Below are positions 46,464 through 55,856 of a DNA stretch of 55,856 bases, piece by piece; position 1 is the first letter of the stretch; every line of letters begins with the position of its first letter. The DNA comes from an uncultured Acetobacter sp. Lineage in GTDB: Bacteria; Pseudomonadota; Alphaproteobacteria; RF32; CAG-239. The stretch lies in assembly GCA_964416205.1 (NCBI GenBank), contig CAYQDC010000004.1, positions 1 to 55,856 on the forward strand. Direction: 5' to 3'. Both the position numbers and the translations under genes were made by a program. The notes below the pieces were generated by a model, which made no database searches, was not told where the DNA came from, and saw only the letters and a list, made by a program, of their open reading frames with translations.

Positions 46464-48269
46464 TTATTTATGGAAGTAATTATATATGTTTTCAGCTGTT
46501 TTTTTATTTATTCCCGTAACCCTGGATATATCATCAGCCGAAGCATCTCTGATGGCATTAACCGACCCGAAATGATTTAACAAATCGCGTTTTCTCTTGA
46601 CTCCCACACCGTCTATTTCATCCAAACTTGATTTAGTCATGGACTTAGCCCGGCGTTTGCGATGCGTACCAATTGCAAAACGGTGAGCTTCATCTCTTAA
46701 AGTTTGCAGATAAAATGCTATGGCCGAACGATATGGCAATGCAAAGCTATCTTTATCAATCTGGTGATAAAATTCTTTTCCGGCATTGCGGTCTACACCT
46801 TTGGAAATGGCAATAACAGCAATATCACTTAGATCATATCCGTGTAAACTTTCATATACGGCATGCAACTGTCCCAAACCACCGTCCAAGAGGATTACGT
46901 CTGGTTTATTATCTGGCGCCATCCGTTCAAATCGCCTTTTCAAAACCTCCTTCATCATAGCAAAATCATCATTAGTTATTTCCGGATTTTTTATATTAAA
47001 CTTCCGGTATGATTTTTTATCAAATCCTTCCGGTGTTGCCACAATCATGGCACCAACGGCATAAGAACCTTGATTATGGGAATTATCATAAACTTCTATA
47101 CGTTTAGGAATGTCCGATAAGCCGAAATATTTTTTCATTTCTTCTAAATTAGCTTTTATACTTTGGCTTTCAGATAAGCGTCTGTCTAAGGCTGCTGCAG
47201 CATTCTTTTTTGCATTTTCTATTAGCTTATATTTATCCCCTTTGCTGAAAGTTTTTATTTTAACCCCTAACGCTTCTTCCAATAAATCCGTATTTTCAAG
47301 ATCTTCGGATATAAAAATTTCTTTAGGAGCCGTATGATTGGTGTAAAACATACTCAGAAAAGCTTCCAGAACTTCTGCTGCCGAGGCGTCCTCCTTTCTT
47401 TTTATAAAATATGGTGCATTGCCACAATTTTGCCCGCCGCGAATAAAAAATATTTCAATACAATAGATTTCATCCTTTAATGCAATGCCGATAACATCAA
47501 CGGACTTTAAGCCAGAGTATTCAAGGTTGGCATGTGTCTGTATACCCGTCAAAGCTCTTATTCTGTCACGCAAAATAATAGCCTGTTCATAGTTTTGTTC
47601 ATTACTGGCTTTTTGCATTTGTTGAGATAATTTCTCCTGGATAGACGTGTTTTTTCCTTCTAAAAAAAGCACTACATCTTTTACCAACTGCGCATAATCT
47701 TCTTTACTGATTTTGCCGACACATGGTCCACTGCACCTTTTTATCTGGTACAACAGGCACGGTCTTTCCCGGCTATGAAAAGCACTGTCTCGGCAACTGC
47801 GCAGCATAAATACCTTTTGAATAATATCTAAAACCTCTTTTACAGCGGTTGCACTTGCATAAGGACCAAAATAGCGACAGCCATTTTTACGCACCCCTCT
47901 GAATTTTCGCAATGCCGGAAAATCTTCATGAATATTTAACATCAGATGCGGATAGGATTTATCATCCTTTAATAGTATGTTGTATTTCGGATGCAGTTTT
48001 TTAATCAACTCATTTTCTACAATTAGCGCCCGATTTTCATTTTCAACAATTATAAATTCCATTCTTCTGACTTCAGCAACCATTCTTTGCAATCTGGTGG
48101 TCAGCTGATCTATGCGAGTGTATGCTACTATTCTTTTTTTGATATTTTTTGCCTTACCGACGTACAAAACCTCGTCATTTTCATTTATCATCCTGTATAC
48201 ACCTGGGGTTTCAGGTGCAATTTTGACATTTTGACGAAGTACTTTCAGCCCCTGTTTTATATCAAACAT
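46464..48269 (-). CDS. uvrC: Excinuclease ABC subunit C
   Basis: PGVYRM...YVGKAKN, YDNSH, LLDGGLGQ, RDEAHRFA, HhH tail. Confidence 0.97.
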   Translation of the reverse strand: MFDIKQGLKVLRQNVKIAPETPGVYRMINENDEVLYVGKAKNIKKRIVAYTRIDQLTTRLQRMVAEVRRMEFIIVENENRALIVENELIKKLHPKYNILLKDDKSYPHLMLNIHEDFPALRKFRGVRKNGCRYFGPYASATAVKEVLDIIQKVFMLRSCRDSAFHSRERPCLLYQIKRCSGPCVGKISKEDYAQLVKDVVLFLEGKNTSIQEKLSQQMQKASNEQNYEQAIILRDRIRALTGIQTHANLEYSGLKSVDVIGIALKDEIYCIEIFFIRGGQNCGNAPYFIKRKEDASAAEVLEAFLSMFYTNHTAPKEIFISEDLENTDLLEEALGVKIKTFSKGDKYKLIENAKKNAAAALDRRLSESQSIKANLEEMKKYFGLSDIPKRIEVYDNSHNQGSYAVGAMIVATPEGFDKKSYRKFNIKNPEITNDDFAMMKEVLKRRFERMAPDNKPDVILLDGGLGQLHAVYESLHGYDLSDIAVIAISKGVDRNAGKEFYHQIDKDSFALPYRSAIAFYLQTLRDEAHRFAIGTHRKRRAKSMTKSSLDEIDGVGVKRKRDLLNHFGSVNAIRDASADDISRVTGINKKTAENIYNYFHK

Positions 48270-49747
48270 TAATCAACATACTCCCATTTATGCCCGTTGT
48301 AGCGGCAATCATGTTTTTGATAATGTGCTTTCAAAATAAAAATGTCTCCCAATCCACTGTATTCATAATAGGTACTTAGCAAATACGGATCAATACGATG
48401 CGCCGGTATTTTTCTCCCGCGTTGTTCCCAATAGGTATCCCAATATATTCCTCCGGAGATGATTTTAGGTCTTTTTTTTATGATCAGTTCATTCAAATTA
48501 TCCCTCCTGGACAATCCGCTTTTTTCTCCCATAACATCTATTTGCCCCAATAAAACCCAATAGTAGCCGGCATCTTTTCCCTTTAAATTATACACGGCGT
48601 AATATCCGTTAATTGCTTCATCGCAAGGTGTTAAATTATTAAATGCATATTCATGACCACTTTGTGAATGGAATTTTGGTAGCTCTTTTAAATAAGTTTC
48701 ACGGTAATTGTATGCAATGGCAAACACCAAATATGCGCACGCCAGAACAAACCATAACTTATTTATTTTCGGATATTTATCTAGAAACATTGCTGTTAAC
48801 ATTATACCCAGTATAAGCCAAAAGATGCTGTAATGAAGAAATGCCGAAAAATAAAACATTCGCAGCAAGGTTTCTTCAATAAAAAGCAGGCTTAACATTT
48901 TTTCCAACATATTTCCCTTTGTCAGAAAATATATTGATGCAATTCCTCCTAGCGGAATAAATAAATAAAACTCGAAATATTCACGTGGAGGAAAAGTTAT
49001 ACGGTTTTTTGCAAATATTTCAGGAATATGCGTATTAAATGGAAAGTTTGCCTGCCAATACAATAACAGTGTATCTTTGTAGTAAAGATACGCTGCATAA
49101 AAGGCCATCAAGAAAACTGGCAATAAGCATGACCACAAAAAATCTTTCCATTTTATTTTTTTTATAATCAGGTAATAAATCGTAAAAATTGCCGGAATAA
49201 TTAAACTAAGCAAAACTTTTTGGGTAAACATAAATGCACAGAAAAAATTTAAATACGATGTTACAAGCATCCATATTTTCTGTTTTTCCAAATAATAGAA
49301 AAACAGCCACAGACCGGCAAAAAAACACACATACATAAATGTATCCGGACGATAAGTCAAAGCCCATAGTATAGAGAAAGAAGAAACTATGCACGCTATC
49401 ATCAATAGTGATGCGATCCTGCTGTTTTTGTTAAGCTGCATTAATTTATATTGAAAGCAAGCCATTCCCAAAACAGCCAATACACTTATAATGTTGCACA
49501 TAAAAAAAATCTCAATATGGTTAATCATCAAAGCGACAAAAGGTGCCGACAAATACCATAGTAAAGGGTTATGATGTTGAAAAAAATCCTTATAAGGTAA
49601 ATATCCCTGCCAAATAAGCCAGGCGCTATGTAAATGTTCTACATTATCGCCATTTGCTTTAACAATAATGCCGTAGACATAGCAACTCCACAAAACGACT
49701 ATGGTTATGTATATCCATAATACTTTTTGAAAAATATTAGTTTTCAT
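48269..49747 (-). CDS. Polytopic membrane protein, GT-C (ArnT/PMT-like) glycosyltransferase-like
   Basis: About 11-12 TMs, first loop GDNVEHLHSAWLI.QG..PYKDFFQHHNPL, RPD and TQK motifs. Confidence 0.6.
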   Translation of the reverse strand: MKTNIFQKVLWIYITIVVLWSCYVYGIIVKANGDNVEHLHSAWLIWQGYLPYKDFFQHHNPLLWYLSAPFVALMINHIEIFFMCNIISVLAVLGMACFQYKLMQLNKNSRIASLLMIACIVSSFSILWALTYRPDTFMYVCFFAGLWLFFYYLEKQKIWMLVTSYLNFFCAFMFTQKVLLSLIIPAIFTIYYLIIKKIKWKDFLWSCLLPVFLMAFYAAYLYYKDTLLLYWQANFPFNTHIPEIFAKNRITFPPREYFEFYLFIPLGGIASIYFLTKGNMLEKMLSLLFIEETLLRMFYFSAFLHYSIFWLILGIMLTAMFLDKYPKINKLWFVLACAYLVFAIAYNYRETYLKELPKFHSQSGHEYAFNNLTPCDEAINGYYAVYNLKGKDAGYYWVLLGQIDVMGEKSGLSRRDNLNELIIKKRPKIISGGIYWDTYWEQRGRKIPAHRIDPYLLSTYYEYSGLGDIFILKAHYQKHDCRYNGHKWEYVD

Positions 49748-51230
49748 AAATCCATTCCTTTTTCAGTGTATCATAGTGACAATTTTTACCTTGATATTCA
49801 TATTTTAACAAGTACCAATTTGGGAATGGCGTAGGCAGATAATATTTTTCTATTATTTCAGGTGAAATTTGTTGCACTGGTACATATACTCCTCTATTTA
49901 GATAATAATTGTTCCAGTATATCTCACCATTTATTAGTTTTGGCTTATATTGTAATACCAGTTTATTTAAATCCGGCACGGATGATATGTTCATTGCTTC
50001 GCCAGCAACATCAACATGTCCTAACATTGACCAATAATAATGCGGATCTTTGCTAATAATGGACTGATTACCGAGAAAGCTGTTGATAATATAATCACAT
50101 GGTGTCACATTTGCGACAAGATACCGTGTAAACGTGCGATCTGTCGTTCTGGTCAACAAATATCTCCGCTCGGATACTCCGGCATAAACCACCGCAATAA
50201 CCAATATAGCAAATATCAGAGCCTTCCCTTTTTGAGCCATTTTATTTAAAAGAACACTGTTCAGACACACAACAAAAATCATAAAAGGTAACATATAATA
50301 AGGGGCTATTGCAAAATAGAAACAGCGTTGAATAACTTCTAAAACAAAAAGAACAGCTATTGTTTTATAGTATATATCGGCCTTTTTAAAGAAAATGATA
50401 ATACTAGAAAAAGCCAAGATTGCAGAAAAAATAAATACCTGCCAGTCAATTACATTTATTTGTCTTTCACCATAATAATCCTGCATCCCCACATTAAAAA
50501 TAAAATTTGACTGCCAATATCGGTATAATATTCCATTACTATATAACCAAGCGACAAAAGCTGTTAATCCGCTCAAAGGCAGTAACATTGCATATCCGAT
50601 ATCGGAAAAAGGCTTTTTTTTCTTATAGAATATTATCAATGTGATAATCCCCAGTGGCAATAACACCGTTAAAATTTTTTGTGTAAACATAGTAGCAACA
50701 AAAAAGGCTAAAAAGGCAATAACTAAAGAATATAAATGCGGTTTTTGCCAATAAGAAAATAAAAAATACAGCCCTATAGCAAAAAATAAAGCCATAAAAG
50801 TATCCGGATTATAATTAAAGCAATAAACATAGAAATACGGAGGGCATAATATCAGCAAACTTAACAGCGTCGCATAACGAGGAGCAAAAAATCTGACACT
50901 TATTTTATATACTACCGCAAAAGTCAAAATTCCTGTCACTACGGCTATGGCATGGGTAATATCAAGCAACACTTGCGGATTAATACTTATTTTGATTAAC
51001 GGAGCAAATAAGTACCATAATAAGGGGTTATGGTGCTGAAAAAAATCTTTATATGGTATCTTACCCTGAGCAATAAGCCATGTTGAATGGATGTGTTCTA
51101 CATTATCCCCATTTCCTGTTTCCGTAAAAAAAATTGTCCATAGAGTAAAACCTATGCCATAGAACAGCAATCCCCATATAACAGCTTTTATAAACAAGCT
51201 GGAGAAATAATATGTTTGTTTTTCTGGCAT
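49737..51230 (-). CDS. Polytopic membrane protein, GT-C glycosyltransferase-like (paralog of its neighbour)
   Basis: Same GDNVEHIHSTWLIAQG..PYKDFFQHHNPLLWYL, NPD, TQK and TPCD motifs. Confidence 0.6.
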   Translation of the reverse strand: MPEKQTYYFSSLFIKAVIWGLLFYGIGFTLWTIFFTETGNGDNVEHIHSTWLIAQGKIPYKDFFQHHNPLLWYLFAPLIKISINPQVLLDITHAIAVVTGILTFAVVYKISVRFFAPRYATLLSLLILCPPYFYVYCFNYNPDTFMALFFAIGLYFLFSYWQKPHLYSLVIAFLAFFVATMFTQKILTVLLPLGIITLIIFYKKKKPFSDIGYAMLLPLSGLTAFVAWLYSNGILYRYWQSNFIFNVGMQDYYGERQINVIDWQVFIFSAILAFSSIIIFFKKADIYYKTIAVLFVLEVIQRCFYFAIAPYYMLPFMIFVVCLNSVLLNKMAQKGKALIFAILVIAVVYAGVSERRYLLTRTTDRTFTRYLVANVTPCDYIINSFLGNQSIISKDPHYYWSMLGHVDVAGEAMNISSVPDLNKLVLQYKPKLINGEIYWNNYYLNRGVYVPVQQISPEIIEKYYLPTPFPNWYLLKYEYQGKNCHYDTLKKEWIYEN

Positions 51231-51277
51231 ATTTTTATCCTCCTCTGATATGAGTTAAAAGCATCAGGACACCGGCT

Positions 51278-51925
51278 TTACAGATTATTTTCCATTATTT
51301 TGTCAGAACTATAACAATATTTTACTATCGGACACTTTTGGCACTCCGGATGTTGCGCCTTACAGGTGTATCGTCCAAAGAGTACAAGCCAATGATTTGC
51401 ATTAATGATATACTTTTCCGGAAGAATTTTTAGCAAATCCAGCTCCACGGCGAGGGGTGTTTTACTCTGGCTGAAATCTAACCGGTGAGAGATGCGCATA
51501 ACATGCGTGTCTACCGCCAAAGCCGGTTTCTTATACCATACATTTAATACGACATTAGCCGTTTTGCGCCCTACTCCGGCTAAAGTCACCAATTCTTCCC
51601 GCGTTTCCGGGACCAGGCCGGAAAAACGGCTCAATAAGTCTTTACTCATAGTAATAATATTTTTGGCCTTATTATTAAACAGACCTATAGTTTTGATGTA
51701 TGAGATTAGTTTTTTTTCACCTAATTCCACCATTTTTTGAGGGGTATCTGCAAGTTTAAACAGCTCAGCCGTCGCTTTATTTACTCCTTTGTCTGTTGTT
51801 TGAGCTGATAAAATAACCGCTACAAGTAGGGTATATGCATTTGTGTAGTTTAACTCACACTGCGGATTCGGATTTTCTTTATTGAAAATCTCCATTATCT
51901 CTATTATTTCAGACTTTTTCCGCAT
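51278..51925 (-). CDS. nth: Endonuclease III
   Basis: LSAQTTD, GVGRKTANV, VDTHV, C-X6-C-X2-C-X5-C Fe-S motif. Confidence 0.97.
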   Translation of the reverse strand: MRKKSEIIEIMEIFNKENPNPQCELNYTNAYTLLVAVILSAQTTDKGVNKATAELFKLADTPQKMVELGEKKLISYIKTIGLFNNKAKNIITMSKDLLSRFSGLVPETREELVTLAGVGRKTANVVLNVWYKKPALAVDTHVMRISHRLDFSQSKTPLAVELDLLKILPEKYIINANHWLVLFGRYTCKAQHPECQKCPIVKYCYSSDKIMENNL

Positions 51926-51954
51926 TTATTATCCCCTTCCCATCTCAATTTTGT

Positions 51955-53031
51955 TCAGGCTTTTACGCCGCCGGCGCCAGCCACCTTTGGCGCATCTGCA
52001 TCCAAAGGCCATCTCGGGCGAGGTTTGAAATCCAACGGACTTATCAGCCCTTTACGGAAACGCTCCAAGCCAGCCCAGGCAATCATTACACCGTTATCCG
52101 TACAAAAACGAATTGGAGGCGCAGCAAATTCCAATCCATTATCATCTGCCAACTTTTTCAATTTACTACGCAAATAGGTGTTTGCTGCAACTCCACCAGA
52201 TACGACCAAGTTCTTCCCCTGAGGATATTTTTGCTTGAAATACCCTACTGCTCGTTGTAATTTCCGGCATAGACACTCGGTTGCCGTATATTGAAAACAG
52301 GCACAAATATCTGCAATATCATGCTTTGGAATATTTGCGTGTGCAATTTCACCGTCCGGAGTATAAGTTTCAACAATTTTGCGAACAGCTGTTTTTAATC
52401 CGGAAAAAGATAAATTGCAGTCAGGAACGTTTATCAACGGACGTGGCAAAGTAAAACGCATTTCGTCGCCGGTGGCTGCCAGTTTTTCAACCGCCGCCCC
52501 GCCTGGATAGCCAAGCCCTAGCATTTTTGCCACTTTATCAAAAGCTTCACCTACCGCATCATCAATTGTTGTACCTAAACGTTCATATTGATTGACATCT
52601 TTTACAACTAAAATCTGGCAGTGCCCGCCCGAAACCAAAAGCAACAGATAAGGAAAAACCACATCGTTGCTTATGCGGGCAGCCAATGCGTGTCCCTCCA
52701 AATGGTTAACCGCAATAAATGGTTTATCCAATGCTACTGACAAAGCTTTTGCTGTCATTACGCCAACAAGGACTCCGCCGATTAGCCCCGGACCAGAGGC
52801 TGCAGCCACAGCAGTAACGTCATCTAAAGATATTTTTGTTTTTGCAAAACACTGCTCTATTATGTCATCAATGTGGTCCAGGTGCGAGCGTGCCGCAATT
52901 TCCGGCACGACACCACCGTAGATCTTATGCTCTTCCTGGGAAAGCAAAGCTTCTCCAAGAATTTCTCTTTTTTCATTAACCAATGCCGCCGCAGTTTCAT
53001 CACAACTGCTTTCTATTCCTAAAACTATCAT
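51955..53031 (-). CDS. tsaD: tRNA N6-threonylcarbamoyladenosine transferase TsaD
   Basis: LGIESSCDET, GGVVPEIAARSH, NHLEGH, VSGGH, DDAVGEAFDK, TDNGVMIA. Confidence 0.97.
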   Translation of the reverse strand: MIVLGIESSCDETAAALVNEKREILGEALLSQEEHKIYGGVVPEIAARSHLDHIDDIIEQCFAKTKISLDDVTAVAAASGPGLIGGVLVGVMTAKALSVALDKPFIAVNHLEGHALAARISNDVVFPYLLLLVSGGHCQILVVKDVNQYERLGTTIDDAVGEAFDKVAKMLGLGYPGGAAVEKLAATGDEMRFTLPRPLINVPDCNLSFSGLKTAVRKIVETYTPDGEIAHANIPKHDIADICACFQYTATECLCRKLQRAVGYFKQKYPQGKNLVVSGGVAANTYLRSKLKKLADDNGLEFAAPPIRFCTDNGVMIAWAGLERFRKGLISPLDFKPRPRWPLDADAPKVAGAGGVKA

Positions 53032-53121
53032 GTATACATCCGATAAATATTGAAGTTTATATTTTTATTTTATAGACTATATTTCGAATATTGCAATCAA
53101 CTATTGTGAGGAGCTTGTAAA

Positions 53122-54120
53122 ATGTCTGAAAAAATGGCTAAAAAGGAAACGAAAAAACGGTCATCTAAGGTCTTTTTAGTTTTTTCTGCCCTGTTTGGTA
53201 TCGTAGTTTTAGAAATTATTGCTATCGCTTGTGCTATTTTTGCTGTAGAATCGAAAAATCGTTCGCAAATTGCCCAGATGGACAGTTTGTCGGCGCAGCT
53301 CTCCAGGCAACAAACTCAAATTCAAAATTTACAGCGTCTGCCTGATCTTATTCAGGACAATGCACGCAAAATCTCTGAAAATGATGGAAATTTAAAACTG
53401 TATGCCGAGAACTTTAACAACCTTAAAGAGGAAGTTGGAAATCGTAAAATTGATATTATTACTCAGCAAATTCAGAACCTTTCTCATCGAATAGACGTTT
53501 TAAGCGAATTAAAAAGTGAGGATGCTCTTATTCTAAGTGTGGCTTTGCTGATTAAAGAAAACGCCCTTTACCAACGCAGTTTTGCACAGGAAGCAGATGT
53601 TTTGGCAACCTTAAGCAGGGCGAGACCTGATCTGGCGCCAGCTATTGATTTTATAAGCTCCGTAAAAAATCAAACGATTTTTTCGGATAATCAACTTATT
53701 AATCGCTTTAACATTCTTATAAAGGATTTTTACTTTGAGACAGAGCCTCTTTCGGACACCTTATCTAATTCTGAAGAAAAAAATCCTGTTACCAAAAGTA
53801 TTGCACTGATAAAAGATACAATGGCAGGAATTAATTTTGATAAAATTGTCGTCGTAAAAAAGAATAATATGACACCGGAACAAAAACAACTTATTGAACA
53901 ACTTTCTCAACTTGTAAACAATCAGAATTTTAAAGGGGCAATTTCCTTTATTCATTCACATTCTGATTTTAAATTGTCACAAAATCAGGATTTAACAATA
54001 TGGCTTGCCGATACTGAAAGAAAACTTTCCTTTGATGAGGCTATTTCCAAAATTATTGTTTCGGAATTAGATGCTCTGCGGCAAAATATAGTTTTGCAAC
54101 AGCCAGCGGTTCTTCCTTAA
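53122..54120 (+). CDS. Mitofilin-domain (alphaproteobacterial Mic60/COG4223-like) protein
   Basis: N-terminal TM, coiled coil, LILSVALLIKENAL..RSFAQE, LINRF, IWLADTERKL..DEA pattern; divergent from tsaD. Confidence 0.6.
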   Translation: MSEKMAKKETKKRSSKVFLVFSALFGIVVLEIIAIACAIFAVESKNRSQIAQMDSLSAQLSRQQTQIQNLQRLPDLIQDNARKISENDGNLKLYAENFNNLKEEVGNRKIDIITQQIQNLSHRIDVLSELKSEDALILSVALLIKENALYQRSFAQEADVLATLSRARPDLAPAIDFISSVKNQTIFSDNQLINRFNILIKDFYFETEPLSDTLSNSEEKNPVTKSIALIKDTMAGINFDKIVVVKKNNMTPEQKQLIEQLSQLVNNQNFKGAISFIHSHSDFKLSQNQDLTIWLADTERKLSFDEAISKIIVSELDALRQNIVLQQPAVLP

Positions 54121-54259
54121 CAAAGGATGTGTAGCTGAGCTACTTAACATTGACCACAGTAAAAGTTGTATAAAATAAAATAAAATACTACCAATAAAAA
54201 ATATTTAGTTTAGACTTTTATAAAGCAGTATTTCAATATTATACCAGAGGTTGCCGAAC

Positions 54260-55657
54260 ATGGAAAAAAATAATCTAAAACAGTCTTGGTTTCAAAAATA
54301 TCGTATCGTTTCACAACAATTAGATAAGGTTAAGTGTATTTCTTCGGCCGCAACGGCTTTTAACACAAATATAGATGCTATTTTTAAAATAAAAGGAGAT
54401 AGACTTTCTCAATTGATTACCGAAAATCATTTGAGTATGGAGAATATGGAAAAGATTTCTCAAGTTAATTCTCCGATTGATATTATTGCTGGTATCACCA
54501 AGTGTTTTAGTCGCGGTATCGCTGAAGAATGGATTACTGATGATATTGCTGTTTATGATTGGATGAAAAAAAATCTTGGTTATGATAATTTGCAAATGGG
54601 CGGACAAGCGGGAATTATAGCCAATGTTCTTGCTTTACTGGGTGTTCATCAAGTTATTGCCCATACAAACTCACATCCCGAATTACAGGCAAAACAATTT
54701 CTGGATCTCGATAATTTATTTGGAATTAATGAGATAAATTCGTTGCAAAAAGCCTGTACAATTACGCGTAAGCAAGATGTTCCTCTTGTTCATTGGATTA
54801 TTGAATTTGATAAAGGTGAGAGTTTTGTCATTGGGGATAAAATTATTACCTGTCCTAAATCAAACCGCTTTATCGTCACTTATGACCCATTAAATATGTA
54901 TCTGGTTATGAATCCGGGATTTGTAGATTATCTGAATAATCATGCTGTGCAATATTTGTTTTTATCTGGCTTTCATCCTTTGCTGAGAAAAAATAATGGT
55001 ATTGAATTAATTAAAAATGCGGCTTTCGTACTTAAAGATTGGCAAAAAGCAAATCCTGATATGCTTATTCATTTGGAAATTGCTTCAACCCAAGATACAG
55101 AGATACGGAAAGCAATTATTGATCATATTGTTCCCTGTGCCAGTTCCGCAGGTTTAAATGAACGTGAAACTATTGACTTGTTGAATATTTTAGGTCAACA
55201 AAATCTGGCACAAAAAATTGAACATAATACTCACAGTCCCTTATTATTTGAAGCACTCTTATTCTTAAAAAGAACACTTCCACTAAAACGGATTCAGCTT
55301 CATATGTATGGGTTATATATAACACTTCAAGATGAGGATTTTGTTTGTACTCCGGAACAAACGCTAAATGGTATGATGACAGCGTCTGTGGTATCCTCAA
55401 GCAAAGCACTTAATGGTGAACTTGCAAATTATAATGATTTGGCAAAAGCAATACAAATGCCTGTGTCGGATCAGGGTTTGGAAGAGCTTTCTGCACTTGC
55501 AAAGACGCAGCAAGACGATAACTTGATGATGACAGGTATCGGAAAAGTTGATAACTGTTGGCTTTGTGCTGTTCCGACTATTCTTGTTGATAAACCAAAA
55601 ACTCTTGTTGGTATGGGAGATACAATTTCTTCTGTTTCGTTGTTAGCTGCACAATAG
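54260..55657 (+). CDS. ADP-dependent glucokinase/phosphofructokinase (ADP-GK/PFK family)
   Basis: NTNIDA, MGGQAGIIAN, HWIIEF, PKSNRFI, LSGFH, HLEIAS, GLNERE, PKTLVGMGDTIS. ATG 54260 chosen; the track starts at TTG 54251. Confidence 0.92.
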   Translation: MEKNNLKQSWFQKYRIVSQQLDKVKCISSAATAFNTNIDAIFKIKGDRLSQLITENHLSMENMEKISQVNSPIDIIAGITKCFSRGIAEEWITDDIAVYDWMKKNLGYDNLQMGGQAGIIANVLALLGVHQVIAHTNSHPELQAKQFLDLDNLFGINEINSLQKACTITRKQDVPLVHWIIEFDKGESFVIGDKIITCPKSNRFIVTYDPLNMYLVMNPGFVDYLNNHAVQYLFLSGFHPLLRKNNGIELIKNAAFVLKDWQKANPDMLIHLEIASTQDTEIRKAIIDHIVPCASSAGLNERETIDLLNILGQQNLAQKIEHNTHSPLLFEALLFLKRTLPLKRIQLHMYGLYITLQDEDFVCTPEQTLNGMMTASVVSSSKALNGELANYNDLAKAIQMPVSDQGLEELSALAKTQQDDNLMMTGIGKVDNCWLCAVPTILVDKPKTLVGMGDTISSVSLLAAQ

Positions 55658-55856
55658 AAATTAAATTTTCCTTATTTACAACAAATGGTTGATTCTGTTT
55701 TATTTTAGGTTGTTTTTTAATTTATTTTATATTTTAAGTATATTTTATATTTGATGATGTAAATATAATGCCCTAACTATTTGATTTTACAAGTGAGTCG
55801 CATAATAACTCTTATGGATATTATAGTACAGTAACGGATAGTAATAGTGGTCAAAC

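Noticed and set aside
55658-55856. AT-rich tail as an ncRNA or origin
   Set aside because: No tRNA fold, stable hairpin or DnaA-box cluster recognised; probably the promoter region of the next gene.

Overview
Low-GC bacterial chromosomal window, most likely alphaproteobacterial. This is inferred from gene orders: split atpI-B-E-F'-F, divergent xerD/small protein/aroK, addB-addA-trxA, uvrC-pgsA, and a Mic60-like gene divergent from tsaD. The left 31 kb holds two surface machines transcribed divergently from one AT-rich control region. The minus strand carries a VirB-type type IV secretion cluster: three virB2, virB3, virB4, five secreted VirB5-like proteins of 235-1824 aa, virB8-virB7-virB8, and an extended virB9 that runs off the left edge. 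The plus strand carries a type IVb pilus cluster: OmpA-like protein, TcpQ/PilL lipoprotein, PilN secretin, PilO, PilP-like, PilQ ATPase, PilR and a pilin-like protein without a prepilin motif. A PilT/DotB-like ATPase sits at the end of the ATP synthase F0 operon. The control region has CtrA-type boxes and a 27-bp motif duplicated at the same distance upstream of two virB2 genes. No relaxase, transposase or other mobility gene is visible. The right 25 kb is housekeeping (dsbA, dciA-like, xerD, aroK, rdgB, addAB, trxA, envZ/ompR-like, pgsA, uvrC, two GT-C-like paralogs, nth, tsaD) and ends with a Mic60-like gene and an archaeal-type ADP-dependent sugar kinase. All calls are by-eye motif recognition; no searches were run.
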